Assembly: GCA_963827755.1 (NCBI GenBank)
Contig: CAWHCQ010000011.1
Span: 151,531-215,530, forward strand
DNA from: an uncultured Gammaproteobacteria bacterium
GTDB taxonomy: Bacteria > Pseudomonadota > Gammaproteobacteria > UBA9214
Direction: 5' to 3'
DNA length: 64,000 nt
A program made the translations under genes and the position numbers. Each line of letters starts with the position of its first letter. The first letter of the stretch is position 1. Under the pieces are notes generated by a model. That model had not been told where the DNA came from. It saw only the letters and a program-made list of their open reading frames with translations, and ran no database searches. Of the stretch, positions 35,753-46,384 are shown piece after piece.

Positions 35753-35788
35753 CGCTGCGCACCGTCCTCCGGCCTGCCTGATCACGGG

Positions 35789-35817
35789 GTAGGCCGGATC
35801 AGGCGCAGCGGATCCGG
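35789..35817. repeat. GTAG-type REP palindrome
   Basis: GTAGGCCGGATCAGGCGCAGCGGATCCGG. Confidence 0.6.
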
Positions 35818-35878
35818 GATGGACGGGCCAGGGTACAGCTGCCCGGACCGTCACAACACGCCTTCTCCGCCTGCGCTA

Positions 35879-36631
35879 TTACAGGCCCTGCTCCGGGCGG
35901 CGCCATTCATCCACCAGCCGCATTGCCCGCTCGTAATGGCTGCCCTGCCAGTAAATCCGGCCGCAGCCGCTGCACATCCTGAAGCGGTTGTAATAGCGGC
36001 GCGTCTTCGGCTCGAGGCGTGCCTCGATGAGTTGCTTGTCAACAGCCTGCAAGATGCCATTGCAGCGGATGCAGCGGGTGAACGGCGCGATCAGCCTGTA
36101 CAAATCGAAACGTGACAGGACCTCCGGCACCTGTAGCCGTGGCCGCACCTCGCGCACAAAATAGCCGTGCGTAATAATCTTGTGCTGCAACAGACTGCGG
36201 TCCCGCGTTAACAGCGTCCGCTGTTGCCTGGCAGAAATGCTCGCCACGGTCGCATCTTCATAGTCATTCGAATAGAGACAGTCAAACCCGAGCAGGCGCA
36301 GGTAGCGCGCCAGCCGCCCGAGGTTGGTATCGAGGATAAACGTCGGGTTGCGCAGGGGTGCAGGCCGCAGGCGAATCAGAGGGCTCACATCGAGGCTTTC
36401 GAACAGGGGGTAGACGCTGATGCGGTCGCCGTCCTGCACGATCCACGAGAAATCGACCGACTTGCCGTTGACGAGGATGATTTCCACCTCCGTGTGCGGC
36501 ACCCCGAAGGACTCGATCATGTCCTTCACCGAGGTGCGCCGCTCGAAGTCATGCGTGATATCCGTCTTGCGCAGCCTCGGCGCGAGGAAATCATTCAACT
36601 CTTCATAGAAGCGTAACTGCACCCGTGCCAT
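35879..36631 (-). CDS. Mut7-C RNase (PIN) protein with N-terminal ubiquitin-like domain and Zn ribbon
   Basis: RFYEELNDFL, SVKDMIESFGVPHTEV, LGRLARYLRLLGFD, LLTRD, CxxC..CxxC, YWQGSH. Confidence 0.9.
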   Translation of the reverse strand: MARVQLRFYEELNDFLAPRLRKTDITHDFERRTSVKDMIESFGVPHTEVEIILVNGKSVDFSWIVQDGDRISVYPLFESLDVSPLIRLRPAPLRNPTFILDTNLGRLARYLRLLGFDCLYSNDYEDATVASISARQQRTLLTRDRSLLQHKIITHGYFVREVRPRLQVPEVLSRFDLYRLIAPFTRCIRCNGILQAVDKQLIEARLEPKTRRYYNRFRMCSGCGRIYWQGSHYERAMRLVDEWRRPEQGL

Positions 36632-36634
36632 GCC

Positions 36635-37507
36635 TTAGCCCACGATCAGAAACACACCGAGTATCATCAACACCCCCGCCACGAGGTTCTTCGTCAGGCC
36701 TTTTTCGCCAAACAGCCATGCCCCGTAGAGCATGCCGAACAGCAGGCTGGTGCGTTTTACCGCGATCATGTAGGCGACCTCGATATGCTCAATGGCGTAA
36801 AAATGCGTCACTACCATCGCGGCCATGAACACACCTATACCCAGGTGCGCAAGCGGGTGGCGGCCAAGTGCGCGCCAGCTATGAACATTGCGCGAGGCAA
36901 ACACCACGGCCGATGCAATGCCCAGGGTGACGAAATAAAACGGTCCGAAAAATTCCGGCGTGACGTGTAACAGGGCGGCCTTGCTGAATACACTTGTCAG
37001 GCTGTAGATCGCCGCCGTCATCAGCATCAGCCGCGAGCCGCGTACCCTGACGATCGCACGAAACGGTGCCAGCACATTCCGGTCCGCACCGTTGGGCGTA
37101 GTCCTGACATTTAATATCCATGCACCGCACACCACCAGCATAATCCCGGCAAATCCCGTGCGGGTAACCGACTCGCCGAGGAAGACGAACCCCGTCAGCG
37201 CGATAAATACCGGGGTAAACGCAAGATAGGGCAGGGTCAATGACAGCGGAGACTCGCGGATCGCCTGCATGTACAGCCACATGGCAAGCAGCTCCAGCGG
37301 CAGCAACAGCGCCATCCAGCCCCAGAAAACCATCGACAACTGCGGCCAGGGTTGCAGCAGCAGCCATGGCAGCAACAGCGCACCTGAAACGCCGAAGCGC
37401 ACCAGTACCAGTTCCCCCGGCCGGTAGTGCGCAAGATAGCGCTTGGTCAGCATATCCGCCGTGGCAAGAAAGAACGCAGACATCAGGGTCAGGCCAAGCC
37501 AGTTCAT
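36635..37507 (-). CDS. DMT/EamA family transporter
   Basis: About 10 TM segments, SPLSLTLP, AVKRTS..FGE. Confidence 0.88.
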   Translation of the reverse strand: MNWLGLTLMSAFFLATADMLTKRYLAHYRPGELVLVRFGVSGALLLPWLLLQPWPQLSMVFWGWMALLLPLELLAMWLYMQAIRESPLSLTLPYLAFTPVFIALTGFVFLGESVTRTGFAGIMLVVCGAWILNVRTTPNGADRNVLAPFRAIVRVRGSRLMLMTAAIYSLTSVFSKAALLHVTPEFFGPFYFVTLGIASAVVFASRNVHSWRALGRHPLAHLGIGVFMAAMVVTHFYAIEHIEVAYMIAVKRTSLLFGMLYGAWLFGEKGLTKNLVAGVLMILGVFLIVG

Positions 37508-37563
37508 CGTCGCAGTATATCCGCTCCCTGCAATGTGCAGTAGCAAGAACCGGGCCCGAATCT

Positions 37564-37680
37564 ATCGCGCTTGAGAAGCGCTCCTACACTATTTGATGCC
37601 ATTGCCGTGCGGATGAATCGCGCTTGAGAAGCGCTCCTGCACTATTTGATGCCATTGTAGGAGCGCTTCTCAAGCGCGAT
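37564..37680. repeat. Cluster of three REPs (GTAGGAGCGCTTCTCAAGCGCGAT type)
   Basis: Two tandem reverse copies with a repeated linker ACTATTTGATGCCATT, plus one inverted copy. Confidence 0.85.
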
Positions 37681-37746
37681 TGATTCACGCACCATCCTGT
37701 CAAACTGCTATTCTCTGAATACGACCACAACAGCCGTACAAAAACC

Positions 37747-38418
37747 ATGCGCCTGATACCTGTTTGTCCACTGCTTGTCCTCTGCCTGCTGTTGCCGTCC
37801 CTGCAGGCCGCTGCCGCTGACGACGCACAGGCGTGGCTGGAAGCGGATGATTACAGCAGCACCCTGCAGGTCAATGAAGGCGACCTCGAATTCCTCCAGG
37901 AGCCACCGGAGGGCCGGGTATTGCAGACCCGCAACCGGCTTACCATCATCCCATCAAGCCTGCACACCGGCTGGGTACGGCTGTACCAGTGCCAGAGCAA
38001 CATCGACCCGGTTGACGCGGTGCAGATTATGTATCGCTACCACGGCCTGCGTAACCTGCGGGTGACCTCGAGCAGCGGGATGAAACGCGCCTGGGTGAAA
38101 GACAACAGCGTGCAGATGGAACAGGTAGAGGAATGGGGCGAGGTCTGTATCAGGGCCGAGGTGCAGGTTCTCAAGTCTGACGCGGAGGGCGGCTACACGC
38201 TGCAGAGCGGACCCTTTCACCGGCGTTTCCTCGACGGTTATTACCCGGTCCACCTCGATTACCGCATCCGCTGGCCGGCCGGCCTGCTGCAACTGGAGTC
38301 GGTTGAACCGGAGATGCAGCAGGGATTCCCGATTCGTGTTCGCCCCGGCGAACTGGCTATCGACACCCTGTTTGAAGGCAAGCTCACGATAAAGAGCAAG
38401 TGGCGTACGCTGCGATAA
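37747..38418 (+). CDS. Secreted hypothetical protein
   Basis: Signal peptide, 223 aa, host-like codon usage; no family recognised. Confidence 0.7.
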   Translation: MRLIPVCPLLVLCLLLPSLQAAAADDAQAWLEADDYSSTLQVNEGDLEFLQEPPEGRVLQTRNRLTIIPSSLHTGWVRLYQCQSNIDPVDAVQIMYRYHGLRNLRVTSSSGMKRAWVKDNSVQMEQVEEWGEVCIRAEVQVLKSDAEGGYTLQSGPFHRRFLDGYYPVHLDYRIRWPAGLLQLESVEPEMQQGFPIRVRPGELAIDTLFEGKLTIKSKWRTLR

Positions 38419-38425
38419 CGTGCAA

Positions 38426-38501
38426 TTCGCCAGCTGGCGCTGGCTCCTGCAATTCATCGAGGGCGCGGGATCACCTGCAGGAGCGAGCGCCAGCTCGCGA
38501 A
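38426..38501. repeat. Inverted REP doublet
   Basis: TTCGCCAGCTGGCGCTGGCTCCTGC ... GCAGGAGCGAGCGCCAGCTCGCGAA. Confidence 0.8.
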
Positions 38502-38532
38502 GGGTGCGCTAGAATGATCCCCAACAGGGAGA

Positions 38533-39252
38533 GTGCCTATGAAATGCAGTGTGGAACGCCTGATCGAGGCGCTGATTGGAATAGAACTTGCCCAGCAGCG
38601 CAAGGCAAACGAAGAGCGGCTGGAAAAGGAGCGCCAGGCGAGGTACGTGGTCACCGTCTCGCGCGGCTTCGGTTCACTTGGCAAGCAAGTCGCACAGGCG
38701 CTTGCAGACCGTCTCGGTGTGAGGTGCTGCGACCGTACCATTCTCCAGGAAGTGGCGATGCGTGCCAACGTCGACATCGAACTGGTTAAAAAACTCGATG
38801 AAAATATCGAGCAGAGCCGGGCGAAACCGTGGAAGGCCTTCTTCAGCGACAAGTCGTACTCGAAGGAACGCTACCTGCACCACCTGGTGAAGGTGGTCCT
38901 CAATATCTCGAAAAAGGGCGGTGTCATCGTCGGCCGCGGCGCCCACCTGATTCTCGGCCCCAAAAGGGCCTTTCGCATCCGCATCGTCGGCACGCCGGAT
39001 ATCTGTGCCGCACGCGTTGCCGCGCGTGAGGACATCGACCTCGATGCCGCGAGGAAACGCGTCAAGACCATCAACCGGCAGCGCGCGGAATACCTCAAGG
39101 AGCTGTATGGCGAAGGTATCAACGACTGCAGCGACTACGACCTGGTGATCAACTCGGACCGCTACGAGGTCCCGCAAATGGTCCACCTTGTTCTCGAGGC
39201 GATGCAGCAGGCCGGCTACGATATTCCACAAAAACTCCTGCAAACCGCCTGA
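38533..39252 (+). CDS. Cytidylate kinase-like family protein
   Basis: VTVSRGFGSLG, VIVGRGAHLIL, YDLVINS. Confidence 0.85.
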   Translation: MPMKCSVERLIEALIGIELAQQRKANEERLEKERQARYVVTVSRGFGSLGKQVAQALADRLGVRCCDRTILQEVAMRANVDIELVKKLDENIEQSRAKPWKAFFSDKSYSKERYLHHLVKVVLNISKKGGVIVGRGAHLILGPKRAFRIRIVGTPDICAARVAAREDIDLDAARKRVKTINRQRAEYLKELYGEGINDCSDYDLVINSDRYEVPQMVHLVLEAMQQAGYDIPQKLLQTA

Positions 39253-39350
39253 GCCTGCGCATCAATCGCGCCTGCAGGGCGCGCCGGTACCGGAATCAAC
39301 AAGCCGCAGGGACGGATCGCTTCCGCGATCGATCCTGCAGTCGCTGCGAT

Positions 39351-39851
39351 TCAGAACAGAAGCTTCTCCTCGATAGCCGCGATGCCGGCCATGGCGCAGG
39401 CATCATCGGCCTCGCCACTGGGGGCCCCGGAAACCCCGACGGCCGCGACGATCGAGCCCGCCGCCTCGACCAGCACGCCGCCACCCAGCATCAGGGCATT
39501 ATCGACGAAGCGCACCCCCGATTGCGGGCCCGCCTGGGTTTCTTCTGCCATTGCCAGGGTATTGGAACGGAAGCTGGTCGCCGTCCAGGCCTTGCGGGTG
39601 GCGGTATTCGGGGTGTGCTGGCCGGCATAACGGTCGCGCAGCATCACCTGCGGTGTGCCGGAGCGATCGACCACGGCCACACTGATCTGGTAACCCTGTT
39701 TGCGGCAGGCTGCCAGCGTGGCCTGCGCCAGTTCCAGCGCGGTCCCGGGGCTAAGCGCCTTGTAGCTGATCAGTGCCTCCTCCTCGGCAACAACCGGCAG
39801 GCTGGTCAGTACGGCGGCCACGGTGGCGGCTATGAGTGTTTTACTTTTCAT
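39351..39851 (-). CDS. GlcG/HbpS family heme-binding secreted protein
   Basis: Signal peptide, VAVVDRSG, RKAWTA, GGGV..AVGVSGAP..D..CA..GI. Confidence 0.9.
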   Translation of the reverse strand: MKSKTLIAATVAAVLTSLPVVAEEEALISYKALSPGTALELAQATLAACRKQGYQISVAVVDRSGTPQVMLRDRYAGQHTPNTATRKAWTATSFRSNTLAMAEETQAGPQSGVRFVDNALMLGGGVLVEAAGSIVAAVGVSGAPSGEADDACAMAGIAAIEEKLLF

Positions 39852-40004
39852 GATGTACTCCTCGTTGTGATTGCGATGTCCATGGACCAATAGTAGACCG
39901 AAAAAGGCGCGGTGTTGCTGCCGCTTGCTTATATATTTCAGCCTGCCTGCCGAATACTCCAGGGAGAGGCCATTCATCAGCGGCCAACCCGGGGATACCG
40001 CAGC

Positions 40005-40664
40005 ATGGAAAACAGCCACACCCTCAGCCTTTCCGGCGGACTCTACGGCGATCGCTCGGTGCTGTTTCTGTTACTGTCCAACCTGTTCACCATCGTGCTG
40101 GCCGTGCTGCAGCAGTGGGATGTCTATACCCTGATGTGGATTTACTGGGGCCAGAGCGTGGTGATCGGTTATTTCAACGTGCACCGCATCCTCGATCTCG
40201 AGAAATTCTCCACGAAGAATTTCACCATCAACGACAAGCCGGTGGACCCCACACCCGAGACGCAACGCAAGACCGCGGGATTCTTCGCGCTGCATTACGG
40301 ACTCTTCCATTTTGCCTACCTGGTGTTTTTGCTGGGCGAGGCCGGCAAACAGCACACCTTCCCGTTAATATACGTCGCACTCTGTATGCTTGCCTTTTAT
40401 TTCAATCACCGTTTTTCCTATCACTACAACCGCGAACGTGAGCGCGACGATATCCCGAACATCGGCCACATCATGTTCTTTCCTTACCTGCGCATCATCC
40501 CCATGCACCTGATGGTTGTCATGGGCGGAAAGTTTCTCGGCAGCAACAGCAGCGCGCTGCTCATATTCCTGCTGCTGAAGGCCGCGGCGGACGTTACCAT
40601 GCACGTGGTTGAGCACGCCATGGCACGCAGCCGGGCAAGGCGCGCAACACGACCTTTGCCCTGA
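40005..40664 (+). CDS. DUF6498-like membrane protein
   Basis: LMWIYWGQS, FFALHYGLFH, PYLRIIPMH. Confidence 0.75.
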   Translation: MENSHTLSLSGGLYGDRSVLFLLLSNLFTIVLAVLQQWDVYTLMWIYWGQSVVIGYFNVHRILDLEKFSTKNFTINDKPVDPTPETQRKTAGFFALHYGLFHFAYLVFLLGEAGKQHTFPLIYVALCMLAFYFNHRFSYHYNRERERDDIPNIGHIMFFPYLRIIPMHLMVVMGGKFLGSNSSALLIFLLLKAAADVTMHVVEHAMARSRARRATRPLP

Positions 40665-40698
40665 GTGCCAGGCCGTCCCGCACCGGACCGGCCTGCAT

Positions 40699-40850
40699 TC
40701 AGCCCGGTTCGCCGACGTAGCCGCGCAGCGCCAGAACCCGTTCCGGCAGGGTGATGTTGATGCGTTTGGCCTTGCTCGCCGGCCTGGAAAGATCGACCTT
40801 CACCAGAGCCCGGGTACCGTCGGCATACCCGTCAATCGCACAGTCGGTAG
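40699..40850 (-). pseudogene. Remnant of a HicB-family antitoxin C-terminus
   Basis: YADGTRALVKVDLSRPASKAKRINITLPERVL with no N-terminal domain and no partner gene. Confidence 0.55.
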
Positions 40851-40967
40851 CCAGGATGGAGTGAAACGCAATCCGGGAATGCGCAGGTCCGAATCCCCGG
40901 ATTCCACCTTGTTTCAACGGGCTACCGGTTTTTCCTGTAAAATAAGCACCCCAACAGGAAACCCGCC

Positions 40968-43154
40968 ATGCCCCCCATCACCATCCCGCAGGCCGAGACC
41001 GCGCTGTACGACTACCCGAAGTACTGGGCCGAGTGTTACGGCAGCAGTGACTTCCTGCCCGTATCCAGGGCGGAGATGGACGCGCTCGGCTGGGATTCCT
41101 GCGACATCATCCTCGTCACCGGCGACGCCTACGTCGACCAGCCGTCCTTCGGCATGGCCATCATCGGCCGGCTGCTGGAGGCGCAGGGGTTTCGCGTCGG
41201 CATCATCGCGCAGCCCGACTGGCATGCAAAAGAGCCGTTCATGGCGCTCGGCAAACCGAACCTGTTCTTCGGCGTCACCGCCGGCAACATGGACTCCATG
41301 ATCAACCGCTACACCGCCGATCGCAAACCGCGCTCGGACGATGCCTACACGCCCGGCGGGCAGGGCGGGGCGCGCCCGGACCGCTCTTCGCTGGTCTACA
41401 GCCAGCGCTGCAGGGAGGCGTACGCGGACGTGCCGATCGTGCTCGGCGGCATCGAGGCATCCCTGCGGCGCATCGCGCACTACGACTACTGGTCGGACAC
41501 GGTGCGCCGTTCCATCCTGCTCGATGCGCAGGCCGACATCCTTTTATACGGCAATGCCGAGCGCGCCATCGTCGAGGTCGCGCACCGCCTGTCACGCGGC
41601 GAGCCCGTCGAGCGCATCACCGACGTGCGCGGCACGGCCTTCATCCGCCGCGACACGCCGGAAGACTTCCAGGAGATCGACTCCACGCGCATCGACCGCC
41701 CCGGTCGCATCGACAGCATCGTCAATCCCTACATCAACACACAGGCCATGGACGCCTGCGAAAAACAGCGCCGCAATGCACAGCAGGTCGGCATTGACGA
41801 AAACGGCGCCGTGATCGTCGAGTTCACCCGGCCGAACAGACTCGACCGCGACGAAAACGGTCATCCGCCTGCCGTCGTTCGAGAAGGTGCGCAACGACAA
41901 GGCGCTCTACGCCCACGCCAACCGCGTGCTGCACCTCGAGACCAACCCCGGCAATGCGCGCGCCCTGGTGCAGCAGCCACGAGGGCCGCGACCTCTGGCT
42001 GAACCCGCCGCCGATCCCGCTTGAGCACGGAAGAAATGGACTACGTCTTCGGCATGCCGTATGCGCGCGTGCCGCATCCGTCCTACAAAGGCAAGAAGAT
42101 CCCGGCCTATGAAATGATCCGCTTCTCGGTGAACATCATGCGCGGCTGCTTCGGCGGCTGCACCTTCTGCTCCATCACCGAGCACGAGGGCCGCATCATC
42201 CAGAACCGCTCGGAGGAATCGATCCTCAACGAGGTGAAGGACATCCGCGACAAGGTGCCGGGCTTCACCGGCGTGATCTCCGACCTCGGCGGCCCGACCG
42301 CGAACATGTACCGCATCGCCTGCAAGACACGCGAAATCGAGGCCGCCTGCCGCCGGCCGAGCTGCGTCTATCCCGGCATCTGCACGAACCTCAACACCGA
42401 CCACTCCGCACTGACGCAACTCTACCGCGAGACCCGCAAGCTGCCCGGCATCAAGAAGGTGCTGATCGCCTCGGGTCTGCGCTACGACCTCGCCATCGAA
42501 GACCCGGAATACGTCAAGGAACTGGTCACCCACCACGTCGGCGGCTACCTGAAGATCGCCCCGGAACACACGGAAGCCGGCCCGCTGTCGAAGATGATGA
42601 AACCCGGCATCGGCAGCTATGACAGGTTCAAACAGCTGTTCGAGAAATTCTCCAAAGAGGCCGGCAAGGAACAGTACCTGATCCCGTATTTCATCGCCGC
42701 CCACCCCGGCACCACCGATGAGGACATGCTGAACCTCGCGCTGTGGCTGAAAAAGAACGACTTCCGCGCCGACCAGGTGCAGGCGTTCTACCCGTCGCCG
42801 ATGGCCACCGCGACCGCCATGTTCCACACCACCAAAAACCCGCTGAAGAAAGTCAGCTACAAGAGCGCCACGGTGGAAAGCGTCAAGGACCCCGCGCAAC
42901 GCAAACTGCACAAGGCCCTGCTGCGCTACCACGACCCGAACAACTGGCCGCTGCTGCGCGAAACACTCAGGAAGATGGGCCGCGCCGACCTCATCGGCGA
43001 TGGCGAACACCAGCTCATTCCCAAAGACCAGCCGAATGACAAGGCCTACCAGGCACCGCGGCGTAAAAACTCACAGGCCGCCCACCAGCGCCGCACCAAG
43101 GGCAAGAAAATACTCACCCAGCACACCGGCCTGCCACCGCGCAGCAGCCGTTAA
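40968..43154 (+). CDS. ygiQ: YgiQ family radical SAM protein (apparent frameshifts at about 41855-42020)
   Basis: [47 protein letters not shown]. Confidence 0.93.
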
Positions 43155-43171
43155 TCTTCTATTTCGTAGCC

Positions 43172-43420
43172 ATCAATCGCACGCCTGATGGGTACGCTTC
43201 GCTTTACCCATCCTACGATTTAAAGCCCGAACCCTACGCCAATACCGAAATTGATGCCGGTGCCTTCGCTGCTTGGGCCACGACCCGTAGGATGGGTAAA
43301 GGAGCGCAGCGACGTACCCGTCAATCGCACACCCGATGGGTACGCTTCGCTTTACCCATCCTACGATTTAAAGCCCGAACCCCACGCCAATACCGAAATT
43401 GATGCCGGTGCCTTCGCCGC
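43172..43420. repeat. BIME-like array of three REPs (GTAGGATGGGTAAAG..TACCC type) with a duplicated slp 3' end
   Basis: GATGGGTACGCTTCGCTTTACCCATCCTACGATTTAAAGCCCGAACCC..TGCCTTCGC occurs twice about 149 bp apart, with an inverted REP between the copies. Confidence 0.85.
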
Positions 43421-43859
43421 CCCTGGTCCTGGGCCACAGGGTGAGCTGCCGCGCACTGATCACCGGGAAGTTATAGGTCGTCTCACCAACCCGTCCCGCC
43501 CGGGTACCGGTTAGCGTCCCGACCACGCTGATCAGCCGGCCTTCGGCATAGCTTTCGGGTTCCAGGTAACCGGCCTTGTCGAGGATAAAGCGTCCCAGCG
43601 GATCGCTGTCGCGCTGCGGCCGCTCGTTCGAATCGAGCGGGTAGGCCAGCACCTCGATCTGCGTGCTGTCTTTCATGTTGGTGGTTTGAATGATGACGCC
43701 GCCCCAGAGCACGTCTTTCCCGCTGGCCGGCTGCGGCGCGCCGGCGACACTCCGCGGTGTCAGCGAACGGTCGACCCCGCTGCTGTCAATGGTCGGACTG
43801 CTGGTACAGGCACTCAACAGCAGGAGCGGGATGAATAAAAGATTGAAACGCTGCAGCAT
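43368..43859 (-). CDS. Slp family outer membrane lipoprotein
   Basis: LSAC lipobox, VLWGGVI, YPLD..RP, GRF, GYLEP. Confidence 0.9.
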   Translation of the reverse strand: MLQRFNLLFIPLLLLSACTSSPTIDSSGVDRSLTPRSVAGAPQPASGKDVLWGGVIIQTTNMKDSTQIEVLAYPLDSNERPQRDSDPLGRFILDKAGYLEPESYAEGRLISVVGTLTGTRAGRVGETTYNFPVISARQLTLWPRTRGGEGTGINFGIGVGFGL

Positions 43860-43870
43860 GATAATCCTCC

Positions 43871-44431
43871 TCAACGCCAGTGGCGGTAGGGGTAACCATA
43901 GGGATACCAGGGGTCGTACCACGGCCGGTACCAGGGATCGTACCAACCGGGATATTCGTGGCCGTAGGGCCTTTCAGTTTCCACGGGCCACAGGTACCAG
44001 GCATTCGCCTGGACGACAGGATAAGTATAAGGATATTCGCCGACCTTGCCGGCCTCGGTGTGCGAGAGCGTACCCGTGACGGTGACCCGCCGATCCGCGG
44101 CATAGACCTTCGGGTCGAGAAATTCAGGCACGATGGCAATGAAGCGCCCGGCGCTGTCATCGGTGAACGCCGGCTCCCCGGAATCGCCCAGCGGCCTGCC
44201 GAGCACGGTAAGCCGGGTGGCGTCTTCGCGGTTGCCGGTTTCGATGATCGTACCGCCCCAGCGTACCGGCCGCCCCGGGTAGTCGGCGGGTTGCGCCCGC
44301 ACCTCGGCAAGCGACGCACTGCCGGCGGGCGCTTCCCTTATCAGCGGTGGAACCTGCGAGGCGCACGCATGTAACAGCAGGGTCAGCAGCAGGGCGAAGC
44401 CGGATTTTGCAACGGGGTAACGCATGTACAT
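43871..44431 (-). CDS. Slp family outer membrane lipoprotein (paralog) with Pro/Trp/Tyr-rich tail
   Basis: LHAC lipobox, VRWGGTI, GRFIA, FLDPKVY, YPYTYP. Confidence 0.9.
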   Translation of the reverse strand: MYMRYPVAKSGFALLLTLLLHACASQVPPLIREAPAGSASLAEVRAQPADYPGRPVRWGGTIIETGNREDATRLTVLGRPLGDSGEPAFTDDSAGRFIAIVPEFLDPKVYAADRRVTVTGTLSHTEAGKVGEYPYTYPVVQANAWYLWPVETERPYGHEYPGWYDPWYRPWYDPWYPYGYPYRHWR

Positions 44432-44466
44432 AGTCTAGATGATTAGCGACTGCTCGTGTGCATTCC

Positions 44467-44548
44467 TTCGCCAGCTGGCGCTGGCTCCTACGATATATTG
44501 GGGCGCACGGTTCTCTTTTTTTTGTAGGAGCGAGCGCAAGCTCGCGAA
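44467..44548. repeat. Inverted REP doublet
   Basis: TTCGCCAGCTGGCGCTGGCTCCTAC ... GTAGGAGCGAGCGCAAGCTCGCGAA. Confidence 0.8.
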
Positions 44549-44716
44549 CAGCGCCTCGCAGGCGCGAAGCCATTATTCCACCGGTCACAACAATATCCCC
44601 CACCCCCGACACCCGTACTAACGATCTTTTGCAAACCGCCCCCCAACCCCTTATCGTTCCCGGTTCAACAAGCCGGACACATAAATACCCGCCAGCCACA
44701 AGGAAACACACAACCC

Positions 44717-46088
44717 ATGCACTACAAAACCATTGATGCCGTGATTACCCCGGAGGGCAGCCTCGACGTCCTCTCCAGGGCCGAGGTGGCCAAGCTGCTC
44801 GATACCAGCACCGGCGGCCTCTACACCACGCTGCGCAACTGCGCGCTGGCGGTACTCAACGTCGGCAGCGAACTCGACAACGCCAAGGAGTTACTGGAGC
44901 GCTACCAGGTCCTTCGACATCGAGATCCTGCCCGAGGAGCGCGGCATCAAGCTGAAGGTCACCGGGGCGCCGGCCAGTGCCTTCGTCGACGGCGTCATGA
45001 TCAAGGGCATCGCCGAGCACCTGCTGGCGGTGTTGCGCGACGTGGTCTACGTCAGCGACAAGATCGCCACCAACCCGAAGTTCGACCTGCTGTCCTCGGA
45101 AGGCATCACCAACGCCGTGTTCCACATGTTGCGCAACGCCAATATCCTGCGCCCGAACCTCAACCCGCGCACGGTGGTCTGCTGGGGCGGCCACTCGATC
45201 AGCCGCAAGGAATACGACTACACCAAGGAAGTCGGCTACCAGCTGGGGCTGCGCGGCATGGACACCTGCACCGGTTGCGGCCCGGGCGCGATGAAGGGCC
45301 CGATGAAGGGCGCGACCATCGGCCACGCCAAGCAGCGCATCCGCGACGGGCAATACCTCGGCATCACGGAACCGGGCATCATCGCCGCGGAATCACCCAA
45401 CCCGATCGTCAACGACCTCGTCATCCTGCCGGACATCGAGAAACGCCTGGAGGCATTCGTGCGCACCGCGCACGGCATCGTGGTGTTTCCCGGCGGCGCC
45501 GGCACCGCCGAGGAGATCCTCTACATACTCGGCCTCCTGCTGCACCCGGACAACGCCGACCTGCCGTTTCCGCTGGTCTTTACCGGCCCGGCCAGCAGCA
45601 AGGACTACTTCGAGCAGATCGATACCTTCATCAAGGCCACCCTCGGCGCCGCGGCACAGAGCCGGTACACCATCATCGTCGATGACCCCGTGCGTGTCGC
45701 CGTCGAGATCAAGGCGGGCATCGCCGCGGTGCGTGCCTACCGCAAGCAGCACGATGACGCCTATTATTTCAACTGGCGGCTGTCCATCGAGCACGAATTC
45801 CAGCAGCCGTTCATCCCCAGCCATGAAAACATGCGCAACCTCGAACTGCGCCACGACCTGCCCGGTCACACGCTGGCCGCCAACCTGCGGCGCGCGTTCT
45901 CCGGCATCGTCGCCGGCAACGTCAAGGACGAGGGCATCCGCGCCATCGAGAAACACGGCCACTTCGAGATACGCGGCGACGCCGCCATCATGGGCCCGCT
46001 GGATTCACTGCTGAAGTCGTTCGTTGCGCAACAGCGCATGAAACTGCCGGTGACGGACTACGTGCCGTGTTATCGCATTATCAAATAA
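44717..46088 (+). CDS. ppnN: Nucleotide 5'-monophosphate nucleosidase (LOG family; apparent frameshift near 44910)
   Basis: LRNCALAVLN, AFVDG.MIKGI, VCWGGHSI, GCGPGAMKGPM, PGGAGTAEE, QQRMKLP. Confidence 0.93.
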
Positions 46089-46133
46089 CGCGGCGGCATT
46101 CGGGAACAGCCGGGGCGTGTTCGTGCACGGTCA

Positions 46134-46285
46134 ATCGCGGATGAGATCCGCTCCTGCAATGTTAATTATGTGCGCAGAGTAGGAGCGGATCTAATCCGCG
46201 ATCACCCGGCATGCGTTCCTATCGCGCTTGAGAAGCGCTCCTGCGCTACGCATCAACACCTGCAGGAGGGCCTTGCAGGCGCGGC
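46134..46285. repeat. Mixed REP cluster (three variants)
   Basis: GTAGGAGCGGATCTAATCCGCGAT doublet, ATCGCGCTTGAGAAGCGCTCCTGC, GCAGGAGGGCCTTGCAGGCGCG. Confidence 0.75.
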
Positions 46286-46384
46286 TTGCCAATAAATACA
46301 TGAGTCCCCGGCGTATTGTCGTTAAACTGCAGGCAGGCCCGGTCGCAGCACCCGCCCTCAACCGGGCCCGCAGGGGAGAACATC

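Noticed and set aside
44717-45685. 322-aa Arg-rich ORF
   Set aside because: It is the true ppnN N-terminus running out of frame after an apparent indel near 44910.
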